A stretch of 64,000 nucleotides of DNA from an uncultured Candidatus Peribacteria bacterium. Lineage in GTDB: Bacteria > Patescibacteriota > Gracilibacteria > Peribacterales > Peribacteraceae. Where the stretch lies: the NCBI GenBank assembly GCA_964460475.1, contig CAYWPP010000001.1, positions 62,616-126,615 on the forward strand, read 5' to 3'. The translations under genes and the position numbers were made by a program. Position 1 is the stretch's first letter, and each line of letters begins with the position of its first letter. Below are positions 8,333 to 18,078 of this stretch, piece by piece. Under the pieces are notes generated by a model. That model did not search any database and had not been told where the DNA came from. It worked only from the letters and a program-made list of their open reading frames with translations.

Positions 8333-10006
8333 ATGCCGGAACCCTTGTCCCTGACGGGCCGTCGCTGGATTCTGCCTTCGCACCCTGCAGGGGAATGTTC
8401 GGCGGTCATGGCGGCTCTCGCCGCGAAGCGCGGCTTGAATCTCTCGCCGCGAAGCGCGGGGCTCTCGGACCCCTTCCTGTTTCCGGAAATGACGCGCGCG
8501 GTCGATCGTATTCGCGCAGCCATGCAAGGCGGAGAGCACATTGCCGTCTTCGGCGACTACGATGCGGACGGCATTACCGCGGCGGCGCAGTTCGCACGGT
8601 TCTTCCGACGCCACGGGAACGATGCGAAGATTCACCTGCCGCAGAGAAGCGACGGGTACGGCATGACGTCGGCATTCATTGCCGCGTGCGCCGCCAAGCG
8701 CACGTCCCTGATCATCACGGTGGACACGGGTATCGCCGCGCACGCGGAAATCGAAGAGGCGAAGCGTCGGGGCATCGACGTGATCGTCACCGACCACCAC
8801 TCGGCTTCGCGCGGCAGGCCTCCGGCGTTTGCCGTCATCCATCCGACGCTTCCGTCCGCGTTCCCGAACGTCCACTTGTCCGGCTCCGGCGTCGCCTACT
8901 GTGTCATTCGCGCGCTCGAAACCTCGATGGGATCGGAGGAATGGCGGGGGATGGAAGAAGATCTTCTCCTTGCGACCATCGGAACCGTCGCGGATCTCGT
9001 TCCCCTCGTCGGGGAAAACAGAACGCTCGTCACCGCGGGACTTTCCTGTGCCGCCCGCCTTCCGTCCTCCAGTCCGCTCGCGCGTTTGATCCGCGCGGGA
9101 CGAGGAGACGGCGGTCCGCTGAAGAGCAGCGACATCGCGTTCCGCATCGCGCCGCGCATCAACGCGTCCGGACGCATCGCCGATCCGGCCTTGGCGCTGG
9201 AAGCGATCTTATCGGGAGAAGGCATCGAGGAACTTCTGACATTGAACGAGGAACGAAAGGCGATGACGGACGATCTCATGCGCACGGCCGAACGAATGAT
9301 CGACGATCGTCGTCTGTTCCTCTGTGCGGCGGACTCCTCTTTTCCGGCTGGAATCATCGGGCTGCTTGCCGGAAGAATCACGGAGAGCCGCGGCAAGCCG
9401 TCGCTCATCGCGCACTGCGGAGAAAATCTCTGCACCGCATCGCTGCGCAGCGTGCCAGGCATCGACGTAACGGCGATACTCGGCGCGTCCGACGTATCGC
9501 GCTTTCTGTTGACGTGGGGAGGCCACAGTCAGGCGGCCGGGTGCACGTTTGCACCGGAACACTTCGAGAGTATTCGCGATGCACTGGAAGAAGAGCTTCG
9601 CCGCAACGGCATCACCGAAGATGATCTGTGTCCGACGCTCTCGCTGGACGCCGAAGTGAGCGTCAAAGATTTGAACGAAGACGTGCTCCGGTCACTGGCG
9701 AGCCTGGAACCCTTCGGGCACGGCAACGAGGAACCGGTCTTCCTTCTGCGAAACGGCACGATGACGGATGCGCGGACGGTCGGCGGAACGGGGGAACATC
9801 TTCAGTGCCGTATCGGCGGCGTGAAGGGAATCGCCTTTCGTCTGGGCCATCTTCTTGAGCGTTGCGCGGAAGGAACCCTCGACATCGCCTGCCGTCTGCA
9901 GGCGAACACGTGGAACGGACGAAGTGAGCTTCAGCTCGTCATCGTGGATATCAGACATCACGTGCCGGCTGTCGTTCAGACCGGAACCAAGCTGCCTTCG
10001 ACCTGA
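8333..10006 (+). CDS. recJ: Single-stranded-DNA-specific exonuclease RecJ
   Basis: DHH motifs [15 protein letters not shown] and VTDHH. The ATG at 8333 is preceded by TATGGT 6 nt upstream; the ORF track extends to GTG 8282. Confidence 0.9.
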   Translation: MPEPLSLTGRRWILPSHPAGECSAVMAALAAKRGLNLSPRSAGLSDPFLFPEMTRAVDRIRAAMQGGEHIAVFGDYDADGITAAAQFARFFRRHGNDAKIHLPQRSDGYGMTSAFIAACAAKRTSLIITVDTGIAAHAEIEEAKRRGIDVIVTDHHSASRGRPPAFAVIHPTLPSAFPNVHLSGSGVAYCVIRALETSMGSEEWRGMEEDLLLATIGTVADLVPLVGENRTLVTAGLSCAARLPSSSPLARLIRAGRGDGGPLKSSDIAFRIAPRINASGRIADPALALEAILSGEGIEELLTLNEERKAMTDDLMRTAERMIDDRRLFLCAADSSFPAGIIGLLAGRITESRGKPSLIAHCGENLCTASLRSVPGIDVTAILGASDVSRFLLTWGGHSQAAGCTFAPEHFESIRDALEEELRRNGITEDDLCPTLSLDAEVSVKDLNEDVLRSLASLEPFGHGNEEPVFLLRNGTMTDARTVGGTGEHLQCRIGGVKGIAFRLGHLLERCAEGTLDIACRLQANTWNGRSELQLVIVDIRHHVPAVVQTGTKLPST

Positions 10007-10200
10007 AAAATGTCGGTCACGGGCACCTGCAACGCCATCGCGATTTTGTACGCAAGCAGCACGGAAGGATTCGTCGCGCCGCGCTCAATCGACATGATGG
10101 TCTGACGACTGACTCCCACGCGCAACGCAAGCTCCTCCTGCGTCATGCTTCGCTCGAATCGGACGCGGCGGATGGAGTTGAGAAGTTTGGCTGTGGGCAT
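9976..10200 (-). CDS. XRE-family helix-turn-helix transcriptional regulator (74 aa)
   Basis: [23 protein letters not shown] is a classic HTH_3 motif. The 3' end overlaps the recJ 3' end by 31 nt. Confidence 0.85.
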   Translation of the reverse strand: MPTAKLLNSIRRVRFERSMTQEELALRVGVSRQTIMSIERGATNPSVLLAYKIAMALQVPVTDIFQVEGSLVPV

Positions 10201-10227
10201 CGTTCGTCAGGGGTGAGTGTGGGACGC

Positions 10228-10255
10228 ATTGTACTGATGCATTTTCGTCGGGCAA
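10228..10255 (-). promoter_or_regulatory. Putative promoter of the XRE gene with an overlapping imperfect palindrome
   Basis: On the minus strand, TTGCCC-16 nt-TACAAT. The palindrome GCAT-n-GTAC-nn-ATGC (10226-10240) overlaps the -10. Confidence 0.35.
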
Positions 10256-10265
10256 GTGTTTCGCA

Positions 10266-11051
10266 TCACAAGAAAAACAGAACCGCCAATCCCACGGGAA
10301 AAAGATACGCCGCGAACCATCCGATGCTCCGCGTACGCACCCATCTGCGAATGAAGGCGATACCGGCGACGCTCGCGACGAGGGAAGAAAAAAATCCCGC
10401 CATGATGACGTCGGGCGACGGCAATCCGACTCCTCCTTGCAGGAAGGACCGTATCGTCAGAAGCGTCGCACCCGCGATGATCGGTGCCGCAAGTAAAAAA
10501 GAAAAATCCACCGCTCCGGAACGGTCAAGGCCGGTTGCCCGTCCCGCGGCGATGGTCATGCCGGAACGCGACACGCCCGGAAGCAACGCCAGCGCCTGTG
10601 CACATCCGATAAGGATGGCATCGCTTATACGGGGATGAGCACGGATCGAGCGGAACAATCGCTCGGAAAGCAGAAGTATCGCGCCCGTAAGCAGGAACCC
10701 TGCGCCGACAAACTTCGGCGTGCGGAAGGTTTCGGCAATCATATCTTCAAAGAGAAGTCCCGCGACGGCGGCGGGAATCGTGCCGACAAGAAGCGCGGCA
10801 AGGAGGGAAACGGATCGCGCATCGCGTCGTACGCATAACAGAAGCAATTTCTTCCAGGTCGGCGCGTAACAGAGAAGGATCGCCAGGAGCGTTCCCGCAT
10901 GCAGAATGACGTCGAAGCGCTGCAACTCGGTCTGCGGCAGAGCGATGCCGAACAGATGCTCGCCGAGCACCAGATGCCCCGAGCTACTCACCGGCAGGAA
11001 TTCCGTGAGACCCTGGAGAACGCCGAGGAGAATGCTCTGCATGATCGTCAT
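10266..11051 (-). CDS. uppP: Undecaprenyl-diphosphate phosphatase
   Basis: N-terminus LLGVLQGLTEFLPVSSSGHLVL and a multi-pass membrane profile. Confidence 0.92.
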   Translation of the reverse strand: MTIMQSILLGVLQGLTEFLPVSSSGHLVLGEHLFGIALPQTELQRFDVILHAGTLLAILLCYAPTWKKLLLLCVRRDARSVSLLAALLVGTIPAAVAGLLFEDMIAETFRTPKFVGAGFLLTGAILLLSERLFRSIRAHPRISDAILIGCAQALALLPGVSRSGMTIAAGRATGLDRSGAVDFSFLLAAPIIAGATLLTIRSFLQGGVGLPSPDVIMAGFFSSLVASVAGIAFIRRWVRTRSIGWFAAYLFPVGLAVLFFL

Positions 11052-11057
11052 ACCGCA

Positions 11058-11756
11058 TCAGCGCATGTACACACCGCCGTTCGCGTCCACCGCGGCTCCG
11101 CGAATCGAATCGGGTGCATGAACGGCGAGCCAGAAGATGATCTCCGCGATCTCTTCGGGGGAGGAGAATGCTCCGGTCAGCGACGTTCTCTTGAATTCTT
11201 CCAGCCTGTCTTTCGCAATCGAGCCGAGCATGTCCGTTTCGACTGGCCCGGGTGATACCGCATTCACGATGACGTTCTTCTTTCCAAAGCGCTTGGCAAA
11301 ACTTTTCGTCGCGTTCAGGAGTCCCGCCTTCGTCACGCCGTACCACAGGTCGGGATGTCCGGTGGAACCGGCAACGGATGCGACGTTCACGATGCGTCCT
11401 CCGCCGCTCTCCGCCATGAGCGCACCGAACGATTCCATGAGTGCGATCGGCGCCTCGAGATTGACGCGGAGGATCTGCCTCTTCTTTTCTTCCGGGTATT
11501 CGGAGTCGACCCGCTGAAAATGGAGGATTCCCGCATTGTTGACGAGAACATCGATGTTCCCGATTTCTTTCGCAAGGGCGGAAATCTCTTCCACTTGTTG
11601 CAGGTCAAACGTGATGCGCTTCACGCGCGCGTCATCCAAAGGGAAACCCTCAAAAGACCTGCCGAGCGCGAGGACGTCATGACCCTCGTCGAAGAATCTC
11701 TTTGCGGTGGCGAGGCCGATTCCTCTCGTCGCACCCGTGATGAGAACTATGGCCAT
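11058..11756 (-). CDS. Short-chain dehydrogenase/reductase (FabG-like)
   Basis: TGATRGIG cofactor motif and YGVTK catalytic YxxxK. Confidence 0.88.
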   Translation of the reverse strand: MAIVLITGATRGIGLATAKRFFDEGHDVLALGRSFEGFPLDDARVKRITFDLQQVEEISALAKEIGNIDVLVNNAGILHFQRVDSEYPEEKKRQILRVNLEAPIALMESFGALMAESGGGRIVNVASVAGSTGHPDLWYGVTKAGLLNATKSFAKRFGKKNVIVNAVSPGPVETDMLGSIAKDRLEEFKRTSLTGAFSSPEEIAEIIFWLAVHAPDSIRGAAVDANGGVYMR

Positions 11757-11820
11757 ACGCGGATTGTAGCACGCGCGTGCGCGGATCTTTCTTTGCGGAA
11801 CAGCGGCGTTGTTTGGTACG

Positions 11821-12306
11821 ATGGCGGAAATGAGCCTCCCCCCTTTTCACGGCATTTTCTCGGCGTCCATGGACGCGGCGGCGCGCGCAGTCGGCGGCGA
11901 TGACGACAATCGGTTCCGCGGCACGCGTATTTCGCCACGGGAGGAAACGCAACATGCTCCCGCCAACACCGTGCGATCTCAGCCGGGCCAGATGGCACTC
12001 GACATCTTCGAGTACGACAATTACTACATCATCAAGGCGCCGATTGCCGGCATCAAGCTCTCGGATATCGACATTGAAATCACGGATAACGTCCTGACGA
12101 TCCGCGGGGTGCGGAAGCAGGTCGACGACGTGCCGCAGGATCAGTACTATCTGCAGGAATGTTTCTGGGGGGAGTTCAGCAGGTCGGTAACGATGCCGTT
12201 CATGATCGATCCGAAGAAGGTGAAGGCGACATTCAACAAAGAGTGCATCCTGAAAGTGCTGATCCCGAAGGAGGAGAAGGTGAAGATCGTGCGCGTGAGC
12301 GAGTGA
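11821..12306 (+). CDS. Hsp20/alpha-crystallin small heat-shock protein
   Basis: Alpha-crystallin domain: ALDIFEYDNYYIIKAPIAGIKLSDIDIEI.DNVLTIRG ... ATFNKECILKVLIPK. Start is uncertain: TTG 11809, ATG 11821, or ATG 11830 (7 nt after TACGAT). Confidence 0.85.
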   Translation: MAEMSLPPFHGIFSASMDAAARAVGGDDDNRFRGTRISPREETQHAPANTVRSQPGQMALDIFEYDNYYIIKAPIAGIKLSDIDIEITDNVLTIRGVRKQVDDVPQDQYYLQECFWGEFSRSVTMPFMIDPKKVKATFNKECILKVLIPKEEKVKIVRVSE

Positions 12307-12370
12307 GGAGGCGCGAATCGCACGTGCGCCCTGGCCTCAGGAAGGTCTTCTGCTGTACCCTTGGCTTCCC

Positions 12371-13192
12371 ATGAAGCTCACGCAAGCAATCCTGCCGGTC
12401 GCCGGTTTTGGCACCAGGTTCCTGCCGTGGACGAAGGTGGTGCCGAAGGAACTTCTGCCAATCGGCAACAAACCGATCATCGCACTGCTCGTCGACGAAG
12501 CCTTGAGCGTGGGAATCCGCGAGATCTGCTTCGTCATCAGCAAGGGAAAGGAGGCGATCCCGCAGTACTTCTCGGCACATCCCGATCTGGAAGCGGAAAT
12601 GGAGAAGCGTGGCAAACTTCACATGCTGGAAGAGTTGCAGAAGTACGACGAGGTGGAATTTCACGTCGCCTATCAGGACGACATGCGCGGGGACGGACAC
12701 GCGATTCTGCAGACGGAACGGTGGGTGAAGAGCGATCTCTTCGCCGTTCTCTTCGGGGACGATCTGATCGCGGGAGAGAAGAACGGACTGATGCAACTGA
12801 AGGAAGCGCACGATGCCGTCGGCTCCGAAAGCGCCGCGATGCTGTGTCTGCAGAACGTGCCAAAGGAACTTGTCAGCAAGTACGGGATCGTCGACATCGA
12901 GGAGGGTGAGCCGAACGCCGCTGCGCTGAGGATCAAGGGGCTTGTGGAGAAGCCTTCGCCGGACAAGGCGCCGTCAACGCTCGGGGTGGTGGGGAAGTAC
13001 TTGATCCCGCACACCGTCTTCGCCGAACTGAAGAAGATCGAGACGGGCTCGCATGACGGGGAGGTCCGTCTCATCGACGGGCTCATCAGGTCACTCGGAC
13101 AGGTCGACATCTACGGATGCATCGCGAAGGGAGACCGGCTCGACACGGGCAATCCCGAGGGATATAAACATGCCGTCCGGCTTCTGGGCTGA
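12371..13192 (+). CDS. galU: UTP--glucose-1-phosphate uridylyltransferase
   Basis: PVAGFGTRFLPWTKVVPKELLP signature. Confidence 0.92.
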   Translation: MKLTQAILPVAGFGTRFLPWTKVVPKELLPIGNKPIIALLVDEALSVGIREICFVISKGKEAIPQYFSAHPDLEAEMEKRGKLHMLEELQKYDEVEFHVAYQDDMRGDGHAILQTERWVKSDLFAVLFGDDLIAGEKNGLMQLKEAHDAVGSESAAMLCLQNVPKELVSKYGIVDIEEGEPNAAALRIKGLVEKPSPDKAPSTLGVVGKYLIPHTVFAELKKIETGSHDGEVRLIDGLIRSLGQVDIYGCIAKGDRLDTGNPEGYKHAVRLLG

Positions 13193-13201
13193 AGCGACGC
13201 C

Positions 13202-15178
13202 TCAGAGTTCTCTCCTCAGCAGATCGATTTCATCACGCAGGTCGGCTGCGCGTTCATACTCCATGTTCTGTGCGGCGAGTTCCATCTGGCTCGAGAGTTC
13301 CTCGATGAGGCGCTTCTTCTCTTCCTTCGGTACTTTGGTGTGATCGTACCGCTTGCGGCGCAGTTGCAGCTTGCTGTGCTCCTCGGCGATGTCTTTGATC
13401 GCTTTCTTGATGCCCTGCGGCGTGATGCCGTGCTTCTCGTTGTATGCTTGTTGGATCGCCCTGCGCCGCTCGGTCTCCTCCATCGCCTCCTTCATGGCCG
13501 GAGTCATCTTGTCGGCATAGAGCACCACATGGCCGTTGATGTTGCGCGCCGCGCGTCCGATCGTTTGGATGAGCGCATCGCGTGAACGCAGGAACCCCTG
13601 CTTGTCGGCATCGAGAATGGCGATGTAACTGACTTCCGGAAGGTCGAGTCCTTCGCGAAGCAGGTTGATACCGATGAGGATGTCGATGTCGCCCAAGCGG
13701 AGCTGCCGGAGGATTTCGATGCGCTCGAGGTTCTCCACATCCGAGTGGAGGTAGCGGACTTTGTAGTCGGCATCCTGCAGGAAGGAGGAAAGGTCCTCGG
13801 CCATCTTCTTGGTGAGCGTCGTGATGAGCACGCGTTCGCCGCGCTTCACCGTTTTCTCGATTTCCTCGGTGATGTGGTCGATCTGATTCTTCTTCGTTCG
13901 CACGGTCACGACGGGATCAAGAAGGCCCGTGGGGCGGATGATCTGCTCCGCGATCCTGTTCTTCGGGGTGTGCTTGTACTCGTACGGACCGGGCGTCGCG
14001 GACACGTATGCGGCCTGTTGCACGCGGTCCTCGAACTCCTTGAACGTCAACGGGCGATTGTCGAGCGCGCTCGGAAGGCGGAAGCCGTACTCGATGAGCG
14101 TGCGCTTGCGAGACAGGTTTCCCTCGTGCATGCCGCCGATCTGCGGAATGGTGATATGAGACTCGTCCACGAACAGGAGGAAATCCTCCGGGAAGTAATC
14201 AAGGAGCGTTCCGGGGGGCTGGCCCGCTTCATTGTTATTGAGGTACCGCACGTAGTTCTCGATGCCCGTCGTGTATCCGGTTTCCAGGAGCATCTCGATG
14301 TCGTACTCGGTGCGCTGCTTCAGCCTCTCGGCCTTGGCGAGTTCGCCGGCCTTCAGGAGTTCGGATTCTCGGATCTTCAGATCGTCCTTGATCTGCCCGA
14401 CCGCCTGTTCGATCTTCTCCCTCGTCGTCACGTTGTGAGCCGCCGGGAAAATGTCGATCTCCGAGAGTTCCTGCAGCAGTTCGCCGGTGAAGCTGTCGAC
14501 CTCCTGGATCGTTTCGATTTCATCGAACGGCATTTCGAGACGGATAACCGTGTCGCCGCCGGGAGGAAAGACTTCCACCGTGTCGCCGAGCACGTGGTAC
14601 ATGCCCTGTTTGAACTCGATGGAACTGCGGCGGTACTGGATGTCGGTGAGGCGTCGCAGGAATTTATCGCGCTGAATGGGATCGCCGACCTTCACCTTGA
14701 TCGCGAGCGCTTCGTAGTCCTCCACGTCGCCGAGACCATAGATGCACGAGACCGACGCGACGATGAGCGTGTCGCGCCGGGTAAGGAGGTTGAACGTGGC
14801 GGCATGGCGGAACTTGGCGATTTCGTCGTTGATACTCGCGTCCTTCTCGATGTACGTATCGCTTGTGGGCAGGTACGCCTCCGGCTGGTAGTAGTCGTAG
14901 TACGACACGAAGTAACTCACGGCGTTATCCGGGAAGAACGCCTGGAATTCGGAGCAGAGCTGCGCGGCAAGCGTCTTGTTGTGAGCAAGCACCAGCGTAG
15001 GGCGGTTGAGCTCCGCAATCACGTTGGCCATCGTGAACGTCTTTCCCGTTCCCGTGGCACCCAGGAGCGTTTGGTGACGTTCACCCGCCTGAAAGCCTCC
15101 CAGGAGCGATTTGATGGCTTGCGGCTGGTCTCCGGTCGGCTGGAAGTCGGAAACGAGTCTGAATGGTTTCGTATCCAT
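13202..15178 (-). CDS. uvrB: Excinuclease ABC subunit B
   Basis: GATGTGKT, DESH, and a C-terminal UVR domain. The start MDTKPFRLVSDFQPTGDQPQAI matches the usual UvrB N-terminus and lies 9 nt after TACAAT. The ORF track extends to 15202. Confidence 0.93.
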   Translation of the reverse strand: MDTKPFRLVSDFQPTGDQPQAIKSLLGGFQAGERHQTLLGATGTGKTFTMANVIAELNRPTLVLAHNKTLAAQLCSEFQAFFPDNAVSYFVSYYDYYQPEAYLPTSDTYIEKDASINDEIAKFRHAATFNLLTRRDTLIVASVSCIYGLGDVEDYEALAIKVKVGDPIQRDKFLRRLTDIQYRRSSIEFKQGMYHVLGDTVEVFPPGGDTVIRLEMPFDEIETIQEVDSFTGELLQELSEIDIFPAAHNVTTREKIEQAVGQIKDDLKIRESELLKAGELAKAERLKQRTEYDIEMLLETGYTTGIENYVRYLNNNEAGQPPGTLLDYFPEDFLLFVDESHITIPQIGGMHEGNLSRKRTLIEYGFRLPSALDNRPLTFKEFEDRVQQAAYVSATPGPYEYKHTPKNRIAEQIIRPTGLLDPVVTVRTKKNQIDHITEEIEKTVKRGERVLITTLTKKMAEDLSSFLQDADYKVRYLHSDVENLERIEILRQLRLGDIDILIGINLLREGLDLPEVSYIAILDADKQGFLRSRDALIQTIGRAARNINGHVVLYADKMTPAMKEAMEETERRRAIQQAYNEKHGITPQGIKKAIKDIAEEHSKLQLRRKRYDHTKVPKEEKKRLIEELSSQMELAAQNMEYERAADLRDEIDLLRREL

Positions 15179-15226
15179 GAGCGGTGCATTGTACCGCATC
15201 ATGTTTTATGATCCAATAGTACGCCT

Positions 15227-15781
15227 ATGGCAAACAGGATTTTCACTCCCGAGGGAGACGTGCCGAACGGCATGGAGGGCGCGTACGAGGAATTTCTCGC
15301 CAAGCTCCGCACGACGTGGAAGCCCACGACCCTCGTGGGTCGCAAAGCGCATTTGAATGAGGACAGAACGTTATTGTTCACAAAAGCGGAAGCCCGCCAC
15401 CTGATGCTCCGCCTCTCCGAAGATAGGCAAGGAGAGCGGCAGGGGCATGTGTATGGACATCTGTACGGCTGCCTGTTGCTTCCTCCAGAGCAGGGGCCCG
15501 TTCATACGCACCGTTTCTCCATAGACGAAGGACCTGCGACGCGCGCGTTCAAGCTTCTCACCAAGGAAACACGAAGAAAGCTGGGGCTGCATCTGTGCCG
15601 GGATCGCATCAATGAATTGAATGAGGATATCGTTGAGTTGCGCGCGGACATGAAAAATTCCGCCGCCACGTTTGCAACGAACAAGAAGGGGGAGTTGCTG
15701 GAGAGGAGGCGCGAGGAGGCACTCCTTGTGAGAAGGAGGGAGTCCGTGCGCGAATTATTGGATTATCTCCGAAGGAGTTGA
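15227..15781 (+). CDS. Hypothetical protein (184 aa), basic coiled-coil C-terminus
   Basis: ATG ORF with no recognisable family. Divergent from uvrB. Confidence 0.6.
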   Translation: MANRIFTPEGDVPNGMEGAYEEFLAKLRTTWKPTTLVGRKAHLNEDRTLLFTKAEARHLMLRLSEDRQGERQGHVYGHLYGCLLLPPEQGPVHTHRFSIDEGPATRAFKLLTKETRRKLGLHLCRDRINELNEDIVELRADMKNSAATFATNKKGELLERRREEALLVRRRESVRELLDYLRRS

Positions 15782-15832
15782 CCGTGATTGTTCCGGCGTC
15801 CTTCTTTCCTCTACACCTTCATATTCCGAATC

Positions 15833-16327
15833 ATGCGACAATCTCCATTCTCAGCACTGACGGGAGGATACGACGCCGCAAAAGAAAAGCTTGTCCACGG
15901 CATCCGAAACTCTCTCGATCCCACCTTCCTCGTCACGGACGAGGAGATCATTGCCATGCGCATCGCAAGCGGCAGGAATCTTGACGTGCAACTTCGCGAT
16001 CCGGAGGAAGCTCTTCTGTCGGTCACCGTGAAAGCACTCGTCCGTTCTTCCTACGTTGAACCGTCGACGATCGTGAGACTGTCGATTCCGAATGATGTTG
16101 TAGATCGGTCGATTGAAAAGCTGCATCGTTTCTATCGCTCAATGATCCTCGGCGCACTCTACTTCGAGTTGGAGACCCGGGAACGCCGGAAAGTGAAGAA
16201 TATGCAAAGCTTGGGCAACATCCTTCCCAAGGAGGACTTCGATCGGCTGGAGGAGGAAGTGAGTAGACGCGCAAGCTCTCTGCGTTTCATGCGTAAAAAG
16301 AAGACGAAGTTCTCCCCCGGTTCCTGA
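15833..16327 (+). CDS. Hypothetical protein (about 164 aa)
   Basis: The ORF track starts at TTG 15788. The ATG at 15833 lies 7 nt after CATATT. No recognisable family. Confidence 0.55.
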   Translation: MRQSPFSALTGGYDAAKEKLVHGIRNSLDPTFLVTDEEIIAMRIASGRNLDVQLRDPEEALLSVTVKALVRSSYVEPSTIVRLSIPNDVVDRSIEKLHRFYRSMILGALYFELETRERRKVKNMQSLGNILPKEDFDRLEEEVSRRASSLRFMRKKKTKFSPGS

Positions 16328-16367
16328 CCCTGCTGCGCAGAGCCACGGATTGCGCTACTCTTCTGGC

Positions 16368-17675
16368 GTGATTGATTTGGATCTCCTCCGCAAAGACCCC
16401 GACGCCTTTCAGAAGGCGTGCGACGTGAAGAACATCGCGCTTGACGTGAAGGAGATGCTGTCGCTCGATGAGAAGCGCCGTACGCTCATCACCGAGGTAG
16501 AGGGCATGCGCGCGAAGAAGAACGCGGTCAGCAAGGAGATTCCGTCTTTGAAAGCGGATTCAAAGAAGGAGAAAATCGAGGAAATGCGCGAACTTGATAT
16601 AGTACTGAAAGACGGGGAGATCGCGCTGGAGCTTCTGGAGAAGCAGTGGAAAACGGCGCTCCTCAGGCTTCCGTCGATTCCGCATCCTTCGGTACCCGTC
16701 GGCAAGAGCGACAAGGACAATACGGTGGAACGTGAGGAAGGGAAGAAACCCTCTTTCGCATTCGAGCCGAAGGACCACGTCACGCTCGGCGAGAAGCTCG
16801 ACATCATCGATATTCCCCGCGGCGTGAAAGTCGCGGGTGCACGCAGCTACTTCCTGAAAGGTGACGGTGCGCGATTGGAATTGGCGGTGCTGCAGTTCAC
16901 GCTCGATCATCTGGTGAAGAAAGGGTGGACGGTCTTCACGCCGCCGCTCATGGCAAGTTGGGACTGTCTTATGGGAACCGGATTCTTCCCCGGCGCGGAG
17001 GAGCAAACATACGCCGTCGGCGTTCATGCGGAACGGGAGGAGGAGAAGATCGAAAGTGACGACTTGTACCTGATCGGCACGTCCGAGGTCTCGGTCGCCA
17101 GCTATCACAAAGATGAAGTGCTTGATCGCGCAACTCTGCCCGTGCGTTACGCGGGCTACAGCAACTGCTTCCGCCGCGAAGCGGGAACGTACGGCAAGGA
17201 TACGAAGGGCCTCTATCGCATTCATCAGTTCCAGAAGGTGGAACAGGTCGTGCTCTGCGAGGCGGATGAGGAGAAGGCGATGGGAATGTTTGAGGAGATC
17301 CGTGAGAATGCCGAAGAAGTGCTGCGCGCGCTCAAGCTTCCCTACCGGGTAATGAACGTCTGCACGGGCGACATGGGGCAGGGGAAAGTCTTTATGCAGG
17401 ACATCGAAACGTGGATGCCGAGCCGAGACTCCTACGGCGAAACGCACAGCTGCTCCTACCTGGGAGATTTCCAGGCCCGCCGCCTGAACATCAAGTACGC
17501 GGAAAAAGGCGGAGAGAAGAGATTCGTCCATACGCTGAACAACACCTGCATCGCCAGTCCGCGGATTCTGATTCCCCTTCTGGAGATCTACCAGAACGAA
17601 GACGGATCGGTGACCGTTCCCGAGGTGCTGCAACCGTACATGGGCCGACAGAAAGTCATTACGAAGAAAGCATAA
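16368..17675 (+). CDS. serS: Seryl-tRNA synthetase
   Basis: The N-terminus (V)IDLDLLRKDP matches the usual SerS start. Class II motifs FRRE and GLYRIHQFQKVE. GTG at 16368 lies 6 nt after TACTCT; the ORF track extends to 16350. Confidence 0.93.
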   Translation: MIDLDLLRKDPDAFQKACDVKNIALDVKEMLSLDEKRRTLITEVEGMRAKKNAVSKEIPSLKADSKKEKIEEMRELDIVLKDGEIALELLEKQWKTALLRLPSIPHPSVPVGKSDKDNTVEREEGKKPSFAFEPKDHVTLGEKLDIIDIPRGVKVAGARSYFLKGDGARLELAVLQFTLDHLVKKGWTVFTPPLMASWDCLMGTGFFPGAEEQTYAVGVHAEREEEKIESDDLYLIGTSEVSVASYHKDEVLDRATLPVRYAGYSNCFRREAGTYGKDTKGLYRIHQFQKVEQVVLCEADEEKAMGMFEEIRENAEEVLRALKLPYRVMNVCTGDMGQGKVFMQDIETWMPSRDSYGETHSCSYLGDFQARRLNIKYAEKGGEKRFVHTLNNTCIASPRILIPLLEIYQNEDGSVTVPEVLQPYMGRQKVITKKA

Positions 17676-18061
17676 TGCCGACGTTCCTCATCGCCGACGA
17701 CTCGCAGTGGAAGCGGGACATGTTGTCTCTGCTCGTGAAGAGAGAAGGACTCGGTGACGATCTTCGCATTGCACGCACGACCGAGGAGGCCGATGTCATC
17801 ATCGAGGAATGCGAACAGATTGCCTTTGCCTTCATTGATTATGAAATCCCTTCCGCGCAGGGGCCCTCCGTCATCAACACACTTCGGAGGAAGCACCCTT
17901 CCTGCCTCATCGCTCTCGTAACGTCCTCGGACAGCGAGCAGTACCGCAGGCGCGCCATGGATGCGGGCGCGAACGCCTTCGTCTGCACCTCGAAACCGGA
18001 AGACGAGGTGAAGAAAGAGATTCAAGATCTGCTGATCGCATGGAAGGCCGAGCGGATATGA
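17675..18061 (+). CDS. Stand-alone response-regulator receiver domain (CheY-like)
   Basis: The ATG overlaps the serS stop (TAATG). Receiver residues are present: DD (LIADDS), phospho-Asp (FIDYEIP), T (LVTSS), K (TSKP). No output domain. Confidence 0.8.
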   Translation: MPTFLIADDSQWKRDMLSLLVKREGLGDDLRIARTTEEADVIIEECEQIAFAFIDYEIPSAQGPSVINTLRRKHPSCLIALVTSSDSEQYRRRAMDAGANAFVCTSKPEDEVKKEIQDLLIAWKAERI

Positions 18062-18078
18062 CGGTATGCTGATGCTGC

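Noticed and set aside
8161-9624. A 487-aa same-strand alternative-frame ORF across recJ. Similar cases are 36680-37849 (389 aa, inside the flippase gene) and 51273-52187 (inside pilC).
   Set aside because: The translations are Arg/His/Gly-rich with no domain signatures. The overlapping frames carry the RecJ DHH motifs, the flippase TM helices and the PilC repeats.
13745-15211. Very long ORFs antisense to, or frame-shifted within, conserved genes. Antisense: 13745-15211 (uvrB), 49605-51044 (pilB), 21843-23090 (metK), 3388-4578 (glgP), 41339-42442 (rnj), 16560-17633 (serS), 52745-53875 and 53888-54670 (the giant pilin), 59649-60530 (the kinase), 44136-45083.
   Set aside because: The sense frames encode unmistakable conserved proteins. 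The shadow ORFs translate to Arg/Ala/Gly/Pro-rich low-complexity sequence with no motifs. Strong GC3 bias depletes stop codons in the codon-aligned antisense frame, which is a known artefact of such genomes.
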